Source of the DNA: Spirochaetia bacterium
GTDB taxonomy: Bacteria > Spirochaetota > Spirochaetia > DSM-2461
NCBI GenBank assembly: GCA_963668315.1
Contig: OY764216.1
Span: 2,624,001-2,688,000 of the forward strand
Direction of reading: 5' to 3'
DNA: 64,000 nucleotides
Part shown: positions 28,683 through 36,650 of the stretch, in pieces
How the letters are laid out: every line of letters begins with the position of its first letter
Numbering within the stretch: position 1 is the stretch's first letter
Translations under genes and position numbers: made by a program
The notes under the pieces: model-generated
What the model saw: the letters and a program-made list of their open reading frames with translations, nothing else
What the model was told of the DNA's origin: nothing
Database searches by the model: none

Positions 28683-29852
28683 TCAGAGGCTGTCCACAGC
28701 TTTTTTTATCCGGGAGAGTCCTTCCTCGAGAGTCGTACGGGGACAGGCGAAATTCAGACGGACAAAGCCGCGGCCCTCTTCACCGAATGTCTCTCCGTCA
28801 TTCAAACCGACCCGGGCTGTCCCTGAAAAAAAGTCTTTAAGATTCCCCTTGATGTTCAGAGATGTGCAGTCAAGCCAGGCAAGGTAGGTCGCTTCGGGAC
28901 GGATCATCTTGATGGAGGGAATCTTCTCTCGGAAGTAATTTTCCATGAAGTTCAGATTTTCCTCCAGGTAGACCAGCAGATCGTTCAGCCACTCTTCGCC
29001 GTATTCATAGGCCGCCTCCGCCGCCGAAAGGCCGAACACGTTGAGCGGTTCGGAGCCGTTCTTCTTCATAGTCGCAGTAAAACTATGCCTCAGGTCAGGG
29101 TCGGAGATAAGGGCGAAGGATTCGGCCAGTCCCGCCACGTTGAATGTTTTGGAGGGAGCCATGAGGGTTATGATGCGTCCGGACTCCGCTCCCTTAACCG
29201 AGGAGGCGGGGACATGTTTGTACCCCTTGAAAATGAGATCGGAATGGATCTCATCGGATACCAGTATGACACCGTATTTACGGCACAGCCCTGTGACTTT
29301 TTCTATATCGCCGCGGCTCCAGACGCGGCCGATGGGGTTGTGGGGACTGCAGAAAATCATCAGCCTGACTCCGGATGCGAGTTTTCTTTCCAGATCTTCA
29401 AAATCGATATCGTATCTGTCCCCCGAACGGCTCAGGGGATTCCTGACAAGTTCCCTTCCGTTGTCGGCAATGCTGGAGTAAAAGGGGTAGTAGATCGGGG
29501 TCTGCATCAGAACCTTATCGCCCGGTTCCGTAAAGGCCAGAACGGCCGTATTGACCGACGTGACCACGCCGGGGCTGTGGACAATGCTTCGGGGATCGAT
29601 CTCCCAGGCATGCCTCTTTTTCATCCAGTCCCTGATAAGCCCCGGGAGCTTATCCGAGGGAACGGTATAGCCATAGATCCCGTGGGCCGCCCGCTCGGTG
29701 ACGGCCTTTACAACGGGGGGCGGGGAGGGGAAATCCATATCGGCCACCCACATGGGAAGGATGTCCTCCCGGCCGAAACGCTGGGCGCAGCAGTCCCATT
29801 TCAAACAGTTGGTGCCTTTTCTTTCGGTGTAATTATCAAAGTCGTTGGTCAT
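28683..29852 (-). CDS. MalY/PatB family PLP-dependent cystathionine beta-lyase
   Basis: Motifs LPMWVADMDF, CSPHNP, SDEIHSD, APSKTFN and RLNFACP. Confidence 0.93.
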   Translation of the reverse strand: MTNDFDNYTERKGTNCLKWDCCAQRFGREDILPMWVADMDFPSPPPVVKAVTERAAHGIYGYTVPSDKLPGLIRDWMKKRHAWEIDPRSIVHSPGVVTSVNTAVLAFTEPGDKVLMQTPIYYPFYSSIADNGRELVRNPLSRSGDRYDIDFEDLERKLASGVRLMIFCSPHNPIGRVWSRGDIEKVTGLCRKYGVILVSDEIHSDLIFKGYKHVPASSVKGAESGRIITLMAPSKTFNVAGLAESFALISDPDLRHSFTATMKKNGSEPLNVFGLSAAEAAYEYGEEWLNDLLVYLEENLNFMENYFREKIPSIKMIRPEATYLAWLDCTSLNIKGNLKDFFSGTARVGLNDGETFGEEGRGFVRLNFACPRTTLEEGLSRIKKAVDSL

Positions 29853-29861
29853 TTTTTCTCC

Positions 29862-31013
29862 TTATTTGAGCGCCCGGTCCAGATCGGCGATCAGATCATC
29901 GGGGCTTTCCAGTCCCACGGAAAGCCTGAGGAGGCGTTCGTTAACTCCCAGGCTGTTCCTTCTCTCTTCCGGAATGGAAGCATGGGTTTGCACGGCAGGG
30001 TAGGTGATCAGAGTCTCCACCCCTCCGAGGCTTTCGGCAAACATGATGGTCTTCACCCCCTTCAGGACTTTTTCCACGGTCTCCCTGTTATCCACTTCGA
30101 AGGAGATCATGGCTCCGAATCCGCTCGCCTGAGTACGGGACGTTTCATGGCCTTTATGCCCGGGAAGTCCGGGGTAGTAAACCTTTCTGATCCTTTCATC
30201 CCCTTCGAGCCAGCGGGCGATTCTCATGGCATTCTCCTGCTGCCTGTCCATCCGGACGGCGAGGGTTTTTAGGCCCCGGAGTATCAGCCAGCTGTCGAAG
30301 GGAGAAAGGACGGCCCCGGTTGTTTTCTGGGTAAACCCGATCCGTTCGGCCAGATCTTCCCGGCTGACGACCAGGAGCCCGGCCAGGGTGTCGTTATGCC
30401 CCCCCAGGTATTTGGTACCGCTGTGAATGACCACATGGGCCCCCAGTTCCAGAGGACGCTGACAGTAGGGGGTGAGAAAGGTGTTGTCCACCAGAAGCAG
30501 AATCCCCTTCTCATCGGCCAGGGCGGCAATGGCCTTCAGATCGGCCACTTTCATGAGCGGATTGGTGGGTGTCTCGATAAAGAAAGCCCTTGTCTCCTGT
30601 CTTATGGCCGTCTTCAGGGCCCCCGTATCGCTGGAATCCACATAGGTGAACTCTATGCCTTCCCGTTCCCTCAGATCTTCTATAAGCCTGAATGAGCCTC
30701 CGTAAAGGTCTTCGGAGACAATAATGTGTTCACCTCGGGAAAAAAGGGAGAGAGCGGCGGCGACAGCAGCCATGCCCGTGGAGAAGGCAAACCCCTTCTT
30801 CCCCTTTTCCAGAAGGGCCATCGTTCTTTCCAGTTCTTCCCGGGTAGGGTTCTGAAGGCGGGAGTAATCATAGCCGGTGGATTCGCCCAGTCCCGGATGG
30901 CGGAAGGTGGCGCTCTGATAAATGGGAAAGCTGACCGCACCGGTTCTTTCCTCGCTGCGGCTGTAGCCGTGAACAAGGAGGGTTTCCAGCTTTTCTGGAT
31001 TTACATCTGTCAT
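29862..31013 (-). CDS. Cystathionine gamma-synthase / trans-sulfuration enzyme (MetI-like)
   Basis: Motifs YDYSRLQNPTR, ETPTNP, VDNTF, HSGTKYLGGHND and AESLGGVETL. Confidence 0.92.
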   Translation of the reverse strand: MTDVNPEKLETLLVHGYSRSEERTGAVSFPIYQSATFRHPGLGESTGYDYSRLQNPTREELERTMALLEKGKKGFAFSTGMAAVAAALSLFSRGEHIIVSEDLYGGSFRLIEDLREREGIEFTYVDSSDTGALKTAIRQETRAFFIETPTNPLMKVADLKAIAALADEKGILLLVDNTFLTPYCQRPLELGAHVVIHSGTKYLGGHNDTLAGLLVVSREDLAERIGFTQKTTGAVLSPFDSWLILRGLKTLAVRMDRQQENAMRIARWLEGDERIRKVYYPGLPGHKGHETSRTQASGFGAMISFEVDNRETVEKVLKGVKTIMFAESLGGVETLITYPAVQTHASIPEERRNSLGVNERLLRLSVGLESPDDLIADLDRALK

Positions 31014-31083
31014 ATATTGTCTCCTCTTTTTCTCCTGATTGATCTTTTTTCGGGGAGCTTATGCTATAAATATACCAAATACT

Positions 31084-31108
31084 ATAAAACCTATCAATAT
31101 ACTCATAT
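31084..31108 (-). promoter_or_regulatory. Candidate Rrf2 operator upstream of the trans-sulfuration operon
   Basis: ATATGAGTATATTGATAGGTTTTAT matches the cysK site ATATGACTAAATAAGTCGGAATAAT at 16 of 25 positions. Confidence 0.45.
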
Positions 31109-31123
31109 ATGAAACAGAAGAAA

Positions 31124-31555
31124 TCAGATGTAGTACATGTAATAATTACTGTTCGACTTAAAGTAGTCGTCTACGAGATCCTGGAGCGTCAGCGAATCGG
31201 CCAGTTCATCAATTTTACCGTTTATCTTTTCCCAGACAAGGGTTCTGATGCATCTCTGCAGGGGCGACTCCTGCTCTTCTTCGTCCACCACGGAGAGGGA
31301 GCCCTCCAGGGGGCGCAGTATCTCTCCCACCAGGATTTCCCGGGGGGGACGGGAGAGGATATATCCTCCGCTGGCCCCTTTGACGCTTTTGACAAGGCCC
31401 GCTTTTCTCAGGGCGGAGAAAATCTGCTCCAGATAATTTTCCGAAACGACCTGACGGTCGGAAATACTGAAGAGGGAAACATGCTCTCTCTGGGAATTCA
31501 CAGCCAGATCGATCATAGACCTCAGGCCGTATCTTGCTTTTGCGGAAATCTTCAT
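31124..31555 (-). CDS. Rrf2 family regulator (CymR-like, single Cys)
   Basis: Motifs MKISAKARYGL, YLEQIF and SVKGASGGY; C-terminal YMYYI. Confidence 0.92.
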   Translation of the reverse strand: MKISAKARYGLRSMIDLAVNSQREHVSLFSISDRQVVSENYLEQIFSALRKAGLVKSVKGASGGYILSRPPREILVGEILRPLEGSLSVVDEEEQESPLQRCIRTLVWEKINGKIDELADSLTLQDLVDDYFKSNSNYYMYYI

Positions 31556-31616
31556 GACCTCATCTCCGGTTCGGTCCATTCCCGGCGGGGTGGAATCCAG
31601 GGGCATGGTAAACAAA

Positions 31617-32066
31617 TCATATGAAAAAGTCCATAGAAGCCGGTCCGGAGGATTCTTCCCTGGCGTAACACTCCACAATGTCACCCAGGGAGACGGATGC
31701 GGCCGTTTCGTTCATTACAGACCAGAGCTGGTTCCAGAAACCGCGGGTGGGACAGATGTCGACGCGGCAGCAGGAGTCCCTGTCGCTGAGGCACTCCACC
31801 GGAGCCAGAGAGCCTTCCAGGGCTTCCAGTATCTCCAGGACCGTAATATCCGAAGCTTCCCGGGATAGAAGGTATCCTCCCTGGGCGCCCCTTATGCTTT
31901 TAACGATATCCGCCCGGCGTAGTTTGGGAAAAATCTGAAGCATATAGGAGTGGGAGATGGAGCAGCGCTCCGATATATCCCGCAGGTTGACCGGACCTCC
32001 GTCGGAGTGAATGGCCAGGTCGGCCAGAGCTTCCAGTCCGTATCGTCCTTTTGTGGATATTTTCAA
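31617..32066 (-). CDS. Rrf2 family regulator (IscR-like, Cys cluster retained)
   Basis: Motifs MKISTKGRYGL, SIRGAQGGY and VECLSDRDSCCRVDIC; TTG start. Confidence 0.92.
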   Translation of the reverse strand: MKISTKGRYGLEALADLAIHSDGGPVNLRDISERCSISHSYMLQIFPKLRRADIVKSIRGAQGGYLLSREASDITVLEILEALEGSLAPVECLSDRDSCCRVDICPTRGFWNQLWSVMNETAASVSLGDIVECYAREESSGPASMDFFI

Positions 32067-32118
32067 GGGAAAACCTCTTTCCTGGGATGGGAGGGGCGTG
32101 GGGCTCCTCGGGTAATAT

Positions 32119-32146
32119 ATTCTACCGGAGGGACCGGTCTAGTCAA
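32119..32146 (-). promoter_or_regulatory. Promoter of the Rrf2 pair, with an overlapping GACT-n5-GGTC box
   Basis: Minus strand TTGACT-16 bp-TAGAAT; GACTAGACCGGTC overlaps the -35 element. Confidence 0.55.
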
Positions 32147-32157
32147 TCCCCTCTTTG

Positions 32158-32288
32158 TGTTCCCATTCTTTGACATGGTTCTTTATACCGTGACTTTTAT
32201 CCTTGAAATTACATGAAAATGCTCTGCCCATCTATTCTATCTATAGGTTTTGCCATGAGATTCCTGGCCATGTCAAAAAATCGGAACA
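32158..32288. mobile_element. 131-bp MITE whose terminal inverted repeats match the IS at 35379-36604
   Basis: Left end TGTTCCCATTCTTTGACAT and right end (reverse complement) TGTTCCGATTTTTTGACAT match the IS end TGTTCCTATTCTTTGACAT at 18/19 and 17/19. Confidence 0.75.
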
Positions 32289-32371
32289 TTAGCTTAGTCT
32301 TTCGCTTCCTTTGTGAATGTCGTGGCCCGGGCTTGAGAATAGTAACAATCCGCTTCGTATGGAAAAGGGAT

Positions 32372-32465
32372 GGGGAGGGTGCCCGGGAGGGCAGACCGGA
32401 GGGCCGGAGCGAAGAGCGGAGCCCGGACCAAGCCCGGTCCCGGCGGCCCCCGCCGGGATTTCCCC
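32372..32465 (+). other. GC-rich structured intergenic element (possible Flavo-1-like RNA or dispersed repeat)
   Basis: CCGGAGCGAAGAGCGGAGCCCGG, then AAGCCCGGT and the hairpin TCCCGGCG/CGCCGGGA. Confidence 0.3.
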
Positions 32466-32509
32466 GGATTATTCTTGACTTTTTGGGTGAAAATCCGTAT
32501 ATAATTAGT

Positions 32510-32820
32510 AAGGCATTGAAGGAGACGAGTAGGTTCACACTCCGTCACAGAGAGGTTTTCCGGATCGGTTCTTCCCAGGAGGAACCGGCAGGCTGGAAGA
32601 AGACCGTCGGAAGCGTTCCGAATACCCCTCCCGAGCCGCGCGCCGAACGCCGGAAACGGTTATTAGACCGCGCCGTGACCCCGCGACAAGGGGGAGCTAA
32701 GTGCGCCGGGGAGCGAGACACTGTCCCAGGCGAAAAAAGGTGGTACCGCGGAGAACCGTTGCGTTCTTCGTCCTTTGTTAGTTAAACGAGAGGGCGGAGA
32801 AGGAGAGGGTTCTTTTTTTT
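32510..32820 (+). ncRNA. T-box riboswitch, Thr (ACC) specifier, transcription-attenuation type
   Basis: Stem I with AGAGA and GCTG motifs; GAAT-ACC specifier at 32624-32626; T-box AAGG-TGGTACC-GCG at 32737-32750; terminator ending GGTTCTTTTTTTT; TTGACT/TATAAT promoter upstream and thrS downstream. Confidence 0.92.
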
Positions 32821-32874
32821 CGCCCACGGGATGTTTTGAACTGGATTCAAGCCGTCCCGCAGGAGGTACTTAGT

Positions 32875-34638
32875 ATGGCGGAATTGTCATCTAAAGAAAA
32901 GAAAAAGCTGGAGAAACTGGCCACCATGCGCCACTCCATGGCTCACGTGATGGCGGCGGGAGTTCTGAAACTCTTCCCCGAGGCGAAGATCGCCATCGGC
33001 CCGTCCATCGAAAACGGTTTTTACTATGACTTCGATCTGCCCCGGTCTCTGACGGAGGAGGATCTTGAGGTGATTTCCGAGAACATGAAGGAAGTCATCG
33101 CCCAGGATCTGGCCATCGAGCGGGAAGAGGTATCCCGGGCCAGGGCTCTGGAACTGTTCGCCGATCAGCCTTACAAGGTGGAGCTTATCAACGAGCTGCC
33201 CGAGGACGAGGTCATTTCCATTTACAAGCTGGGAGACTTTACCGATCTCTGCCGCGGCCCCCACGTGGAGAGTACGTCCCGGCTGAATGCCCAGGGTTTC
33301 AAGCTTCTCTCCGTTGCCGGCGCCTACTGGCGGGGCGATGAGAAACGGCCCATGCTTCAGAGAATCTACGCCACCGCTTTCGGCGATCCCAAGCAGCTGA
33401 AGGCCCATCTGGAGCATCTGGAAGAGCTGAAACTGAGGGATCACCGCCGCATCGGCAAGGAGCAGGACCTTTTCAGTCTCCATGAGGACGCCGGCCCCGG
33501 TCTGGTTTACTGGCACCCCAAGGGCGGACGCATGCGCGTGGCCATTGAGAATTTCTGGCGGGATGAGCACTACAAGAACGGTTACGAGATCGTTTTTACT
33601 CCCCATGTGGGAAAAAGTTGGCTCTGGGAAACTTCGGGCCACCTGGATTTCTACAAGGAGAGCATGTACAACCCCATGGAGATGGATAAGTCGGACTACT
33701 ACTGCAAGCCGATGAACTGTCCCTTCCATATCATGATTTATAACGAAGGCAAGAAGTCCTACCGGGATCTGCCCTGCCGCTGGGCCGAGCTGGGTACGGT
33801 TTACCGCTATGAGAAGTCCGGTACCCTCCACGGCCTGAGCCGGGTGCGCGGCTTTACCCAGGACGACGCCCATATCATCTGTACCCCCGATCAGATGGAT
33901 AACGAGATTACCGAAGTTCTGCGTTTCAGCCTGTTCATGCTCAAGTCCTTCGGGTTCAATGAGATCTCCGCCTATCTGAGCACCCGGCCCGAAGGCAAGT
34001 GCGTCGGCGAGGAGAAGGACTGGGAATCGGCCCAGGAAGCTCTGCGTGTCGCCATTGAGAAGGAAGGGCTTGAGTACAAGATCGACGAGGGAGGCGGCGC
34101 TTTCTACGGTCCCAAGATCGACCTGAAGGTCAAGGATACCATGGGACGGGAGTGGCAGCTCTCCACCATCCAGTTCGACTTTAACCTGCCCGAGCGCTTC
34201 GACATGACCTTTGTGGATACGGACGGCAAGGAGAAGCGGCCTTTCATGGTTCACCGGGCTCTTCTGGGGTCGCTGGAGCGGTTCTTCAGTGTCATGGTGG
34301 AGAATTACGGCGGGGCCTACCCGGTCTGGCTCTGTCCCGTTCAGGTTCAGGTTATTCCGGTGGGTCACAACTTCGACGATTATGCCAATGACGTCTGGAA
34401 GCAGCTCAGGGCCGCCGGGTTCCGGGCCGAGAAGGATCTGGGCGACGACAGAATGAACGCCAAGATACGGGAAGCGCAGAATCAGAAGATTCCCTACATG
34501 GTCGTCCTGGGAGCCAGGGAGCAGGAGGAGGGCAAGGTGAGCCTCCGTACCCGCTCGGGCGAGCAGATCAACGGTCTTTCCCTGGATGAGGCGATTAAGC
34601 TGATTCAGGAGAAAATCGATACGAAGGCTATGCCGTAA
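32875..34638 (+). CDS. thrS: Threonine--tRNA ligase (short N-terminus)
   Basis: Motifs RHSMAH, DLCRGPH, RDHRRIG, KPMNCP, RVRGFTQDDAH and GAFYGPKID; AGGAGG RBS. Confidence 0.98.
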   Translation: MAELSSKEKKKLEKLATMRHSMAHVMAAGVLKLFPEAKIAIGPSIENGFYYDFDLPRSLTEEDLEVISENMKEVIAQDLAIEREEVSRARALELFADQPYKVELINELPEDEVISIYKLGDFTDLCRGPHVESTSRLNAQGFKLLSVAGAYWRGDEKRPMLQRIYATAFGDPKQLKAHLEHLEELKLRDHRRIGKEQDLFSLHEDAGPGLVYWHPKGGRMRVAIENFWRDEHYKNGYEIVFTPHVGKSWLWETSGHLDFYKESMYNPMEMDKSDYYCKPMNCPFHIMIYNEGKKSYRDLPCRWAELGTVYRYEKSGTLHGLSRVRGFTQDDAHIICTPDQMDNEITEVLRFSLFMLKSFGFNEISAYLSTRPEGKCVGEEKDWESAQEALRVAIEKEGLEYKIDEGGGAFYGPKIDLKVKDTMGREWQLSTIQFDFNLPERFDMTFVDTDGKEKRPFMVHRALLGSLERFFSVMVENYGGAYPVWLCPVQVQVIPVGHNFDDYANDVWKQLRAAGFRAEKDLGDDRMNAKIREAQNQKIPYMVVLGAREQEEGKVSLRTRSGEQINGLSLDEAIKLIQEKIDTKAMP

Positions 34639-34644
34639 GGCTCT

Positions 34645-35379
34645 ATGAATCAAGGTTCTCCCTACGGGTGGCTTTTTTTCGCCGCCCTGGGCCTGGGGCT
34701 TTTCCTGTCGTCTCTCGTCAGGAAAGAGAGGAGCCGGATCTGGCTTATGGCCGGTTTTTCTCTTTTTCTCCTCGCCCTGGGGGGAGCCTTTATTTTTACT
34801 GATTTTATCGTCAGCGGTTTTATTGCCGAAAGGCTTATTCCTTTCTACCTGCCCATGACGGCTTTTTTCTTTGTTCTTTCCCTGCGGCTGGCCGTTCTGC
34901 CTTCCGCGCTCATTCTGCTTTTTTCCCTTATTCCCCTCATCTGGGGAACATCCGGGGTATATTCCCTGGAAGAAGGGATCTATCCGGCGAAGGTTACCTG
35001 TTATCCCGATACGGCTGCGGGCCGCAGTTACCATATTGTTTACAGCGACGGACGGGAATCCTCCGTGACCGGCTGCGGCGATTACCTTGTCGTGGAGAGG
35101 ATCAGCTGGGACTGGCGGCTTTTCTTTCTGACGCCCCGGGAATTTCCCGTCGGTTTCAATTCCCATGACAGCGGGGATGGGGCGTCGGCCGATGGGGAGA
35201 GGATGGTCCGGCTGACGATGAAGATGCCGACCGTTACGGAGCGGCCGGGGATGAGGCGGGACCTCTTTCTTGTCGGGCCCATAGAGAATGACCTGTTCTA
35301 TTCCTGGTGGCTGATACGGAATTATCGGGGGGAACTGGTGCTGACGTCTCAGAATCCGGGATCTTTGTCCCAGCCTTAA
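34645..35379 (+). CDS. Hypothetical membrane protein
   Basis: About 4 N-terminal hydrophobic helices; its TAA stop coincides with the IS insertion point. Confidence 0.7.
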   Translation: MNQGSPYGWLFFAALGLGLFLSSLVRKERSRIWLMAGFSLFLLALGGAFIFTDFIVSGFIAERLIPFYLPMTAFFFVLSLRLAVLPSALILLFSLIPLIWGTSGVYSLEEGIYPAKVTCYPDTAAGRSYHIVYSDGRESSVTGCGDYLVVERISWDWRLFFLTPREFPVGFNSHDSGDGASADGERMVRLTMKMPTVTERPGMRRDLFLVGPIENDLFYSWWLIRNYRGELVLTSQNPGSLSQP

Positions 35380-36604
35380 TGTTCCTATTCTTTGACATCA
35401 ATTCGTTCTTAGACCGCTTTTCTATTCAACGGATTCAGAAGATTTCTTGTCCAGTGAGCTTTCTGAAAATCCGTAAGATACTCCATAAAATCCTCTTCTC
35501 TTTTTCTGCATCCATGGAACACCTCGTTAATTATCTCCCAGTTTTTTTCCGGTGTAAAACCGGCAGCGTGACTATGTGTAAGGTATTTTCTGTTCCTTTT
35601 ATTTATTCGAAAAGGTTTAAGGAAATTATGCCAGAAGCAGTAGCAGGAAAATCTGTCCATACTGTTATTCATATTTCTTCCAAACTGAACCGTCTCCCGT
35701 ATATATTCGGCTAAATCCTTTCTTATCTGTCTGTCTATATAGTTGCAGGGAAATAATTTGTTTTGATAATTCCGTTCTATTCGGGAGTTCGTCCTTCTGT
35801 GGCGTATTTTGTGTGAAAGAAATTCGTATTGTTCAAACTGATGGCGATAGATGGGGTGTTCATCCGTATCAAGAATAACTGAGGGCAAGGAAGATTTTTC
35901 TGATTTTTCCGAAAGAAAGCGCAGTATCTCCCTGAAACTCCGGGAGGCAGCTCCCTTCTCAAACAAGGCTGATTCATAGAGCTCTGATTTTCTTTTTTTC
36001 TGTTCTTCTGTGCAGGCTCCCTTACGTTTAAAGTGGTAGGCATTGAAGGTGTAGATAAATTGGGATCGTTGACCGGCCAGGATATTTACATTGGTCGGGA
36101 AATACTGGGAGAGAATGAAGTTTTCCAACCCGTCGGCGGCCACCGATTCACTGAGCTCCAAATCATGGATTTCCTTAGGACATACAGAAGTTATTCTCTT
36201 CGACAGACGTTGAATGCGGTTCGTGATGATACTGGGGGAGGAATGCATGGCCCGCGCCATATCTCTGATGCCTGAACCGCTGACAAGATGGTTCAGAAGG
36301 GTGGGGTAAGAAAGCTTCTTGTGAACATAATGGTCTATTGTGAAATAAGATAGAGAGAATGTGGATAAACAGTCCTTGCATTGATAACGTTGAACCATAC
36401 CATCCCTCTTTGTTTTTACAAAGCCCTTCTTACGTATCCAGGAATTGCTTTCAGATGTATGAGGATGATTAACGCACTTCGGATTAGGGCAGTATATCTG
36501 ATTGGACAATGTGAATCTCCTTCTTTCAAGTCACTAATAGAAGGGAGGATTTTTTTAGGGGAAAACCCAATATTTCAGAAAATTATGTCAAACCTTTGTG
36601 ACAT
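35379..36604 (-). mobile_element. IS1-like insertion sequence, about 1.2 kb, with imperfect inverted repeats and an apparent TA duplication
   Basis: AT-rich block. Ends are ATGTTCCTATTCTTTGACAT and ATGTCAAACCTTTGTGACAT, each flanked by TA. Confidence 0.75.
35409..36509 (-). CDS. IS1-like transposase (Zn ribbon + HTH + RNase H-like catalytic domain) encoded in one ORF
   Basis: CPNPKC...QRYQCKDC; GIRDMARAM HTH; ADGLE, DTDEHPIY and CNYIDRQIR. Confidence 0.8.
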   Translation of the reverse strand: MSNQIYCPNPKCVNHPHTSESNSWIRKKGFVKTKRDGMVQRYQCKDCLSTFSLSYFTIDHYVHKKLSYPTLLNHLVSGSGIRDMARAMHSSPSIITNRIQRLSKRITSVCPKEIHDLELSESVAADGLENFILSQYFPTNVNILAGQRSQFIYTFNAYHFKRKGACTEEQKKRKSELYESALFEKGAASRSFREILRFLSEKSEKSSLPSVILDTDEHPIYRHQFEQYEFLSHKIRHRRTNSRIERNYQNKLFPCNYIDRQIRKDLAEYIRETVQFGRNMNNSMDRFSCYCFWHNFLKPFRINKRNRKYLTHSHAAGFTPEKNWEIINEVFHGCRKREEDFMEYLTDFQKAHWTRNLLNPLNRKAV

Positions 36605-36615
36605 TACCCGATCAG

Positions 36616-36644
36616 TTGATTCACCCGCTAAAAACGGCTATTCT
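36616..36644 (+). promoter_or_regulatory. Sigma70 promoter of the murG operon, probably leaderless
   Basis: TTGATT-17 bp-TATTCT, 6 nt before ATG 36651; no Shine-Dalgarno sequence. Confidence 0.5.
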
Positions 36645-36650
36645 ATAGGC

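Noticed and set aside
32213..32785. 190-aa ORF upstream of thrS
   Set aside because: Runs through the MITE, the GC-rich element and the T-box; low-complexity Arg/Pro/Gly translation.
36570..36595. TTATGTCAAAC as the XerD arm of a dif site
   Set aside because: No XerC arm at the right spacing; better explained as the IS inverted repeat.
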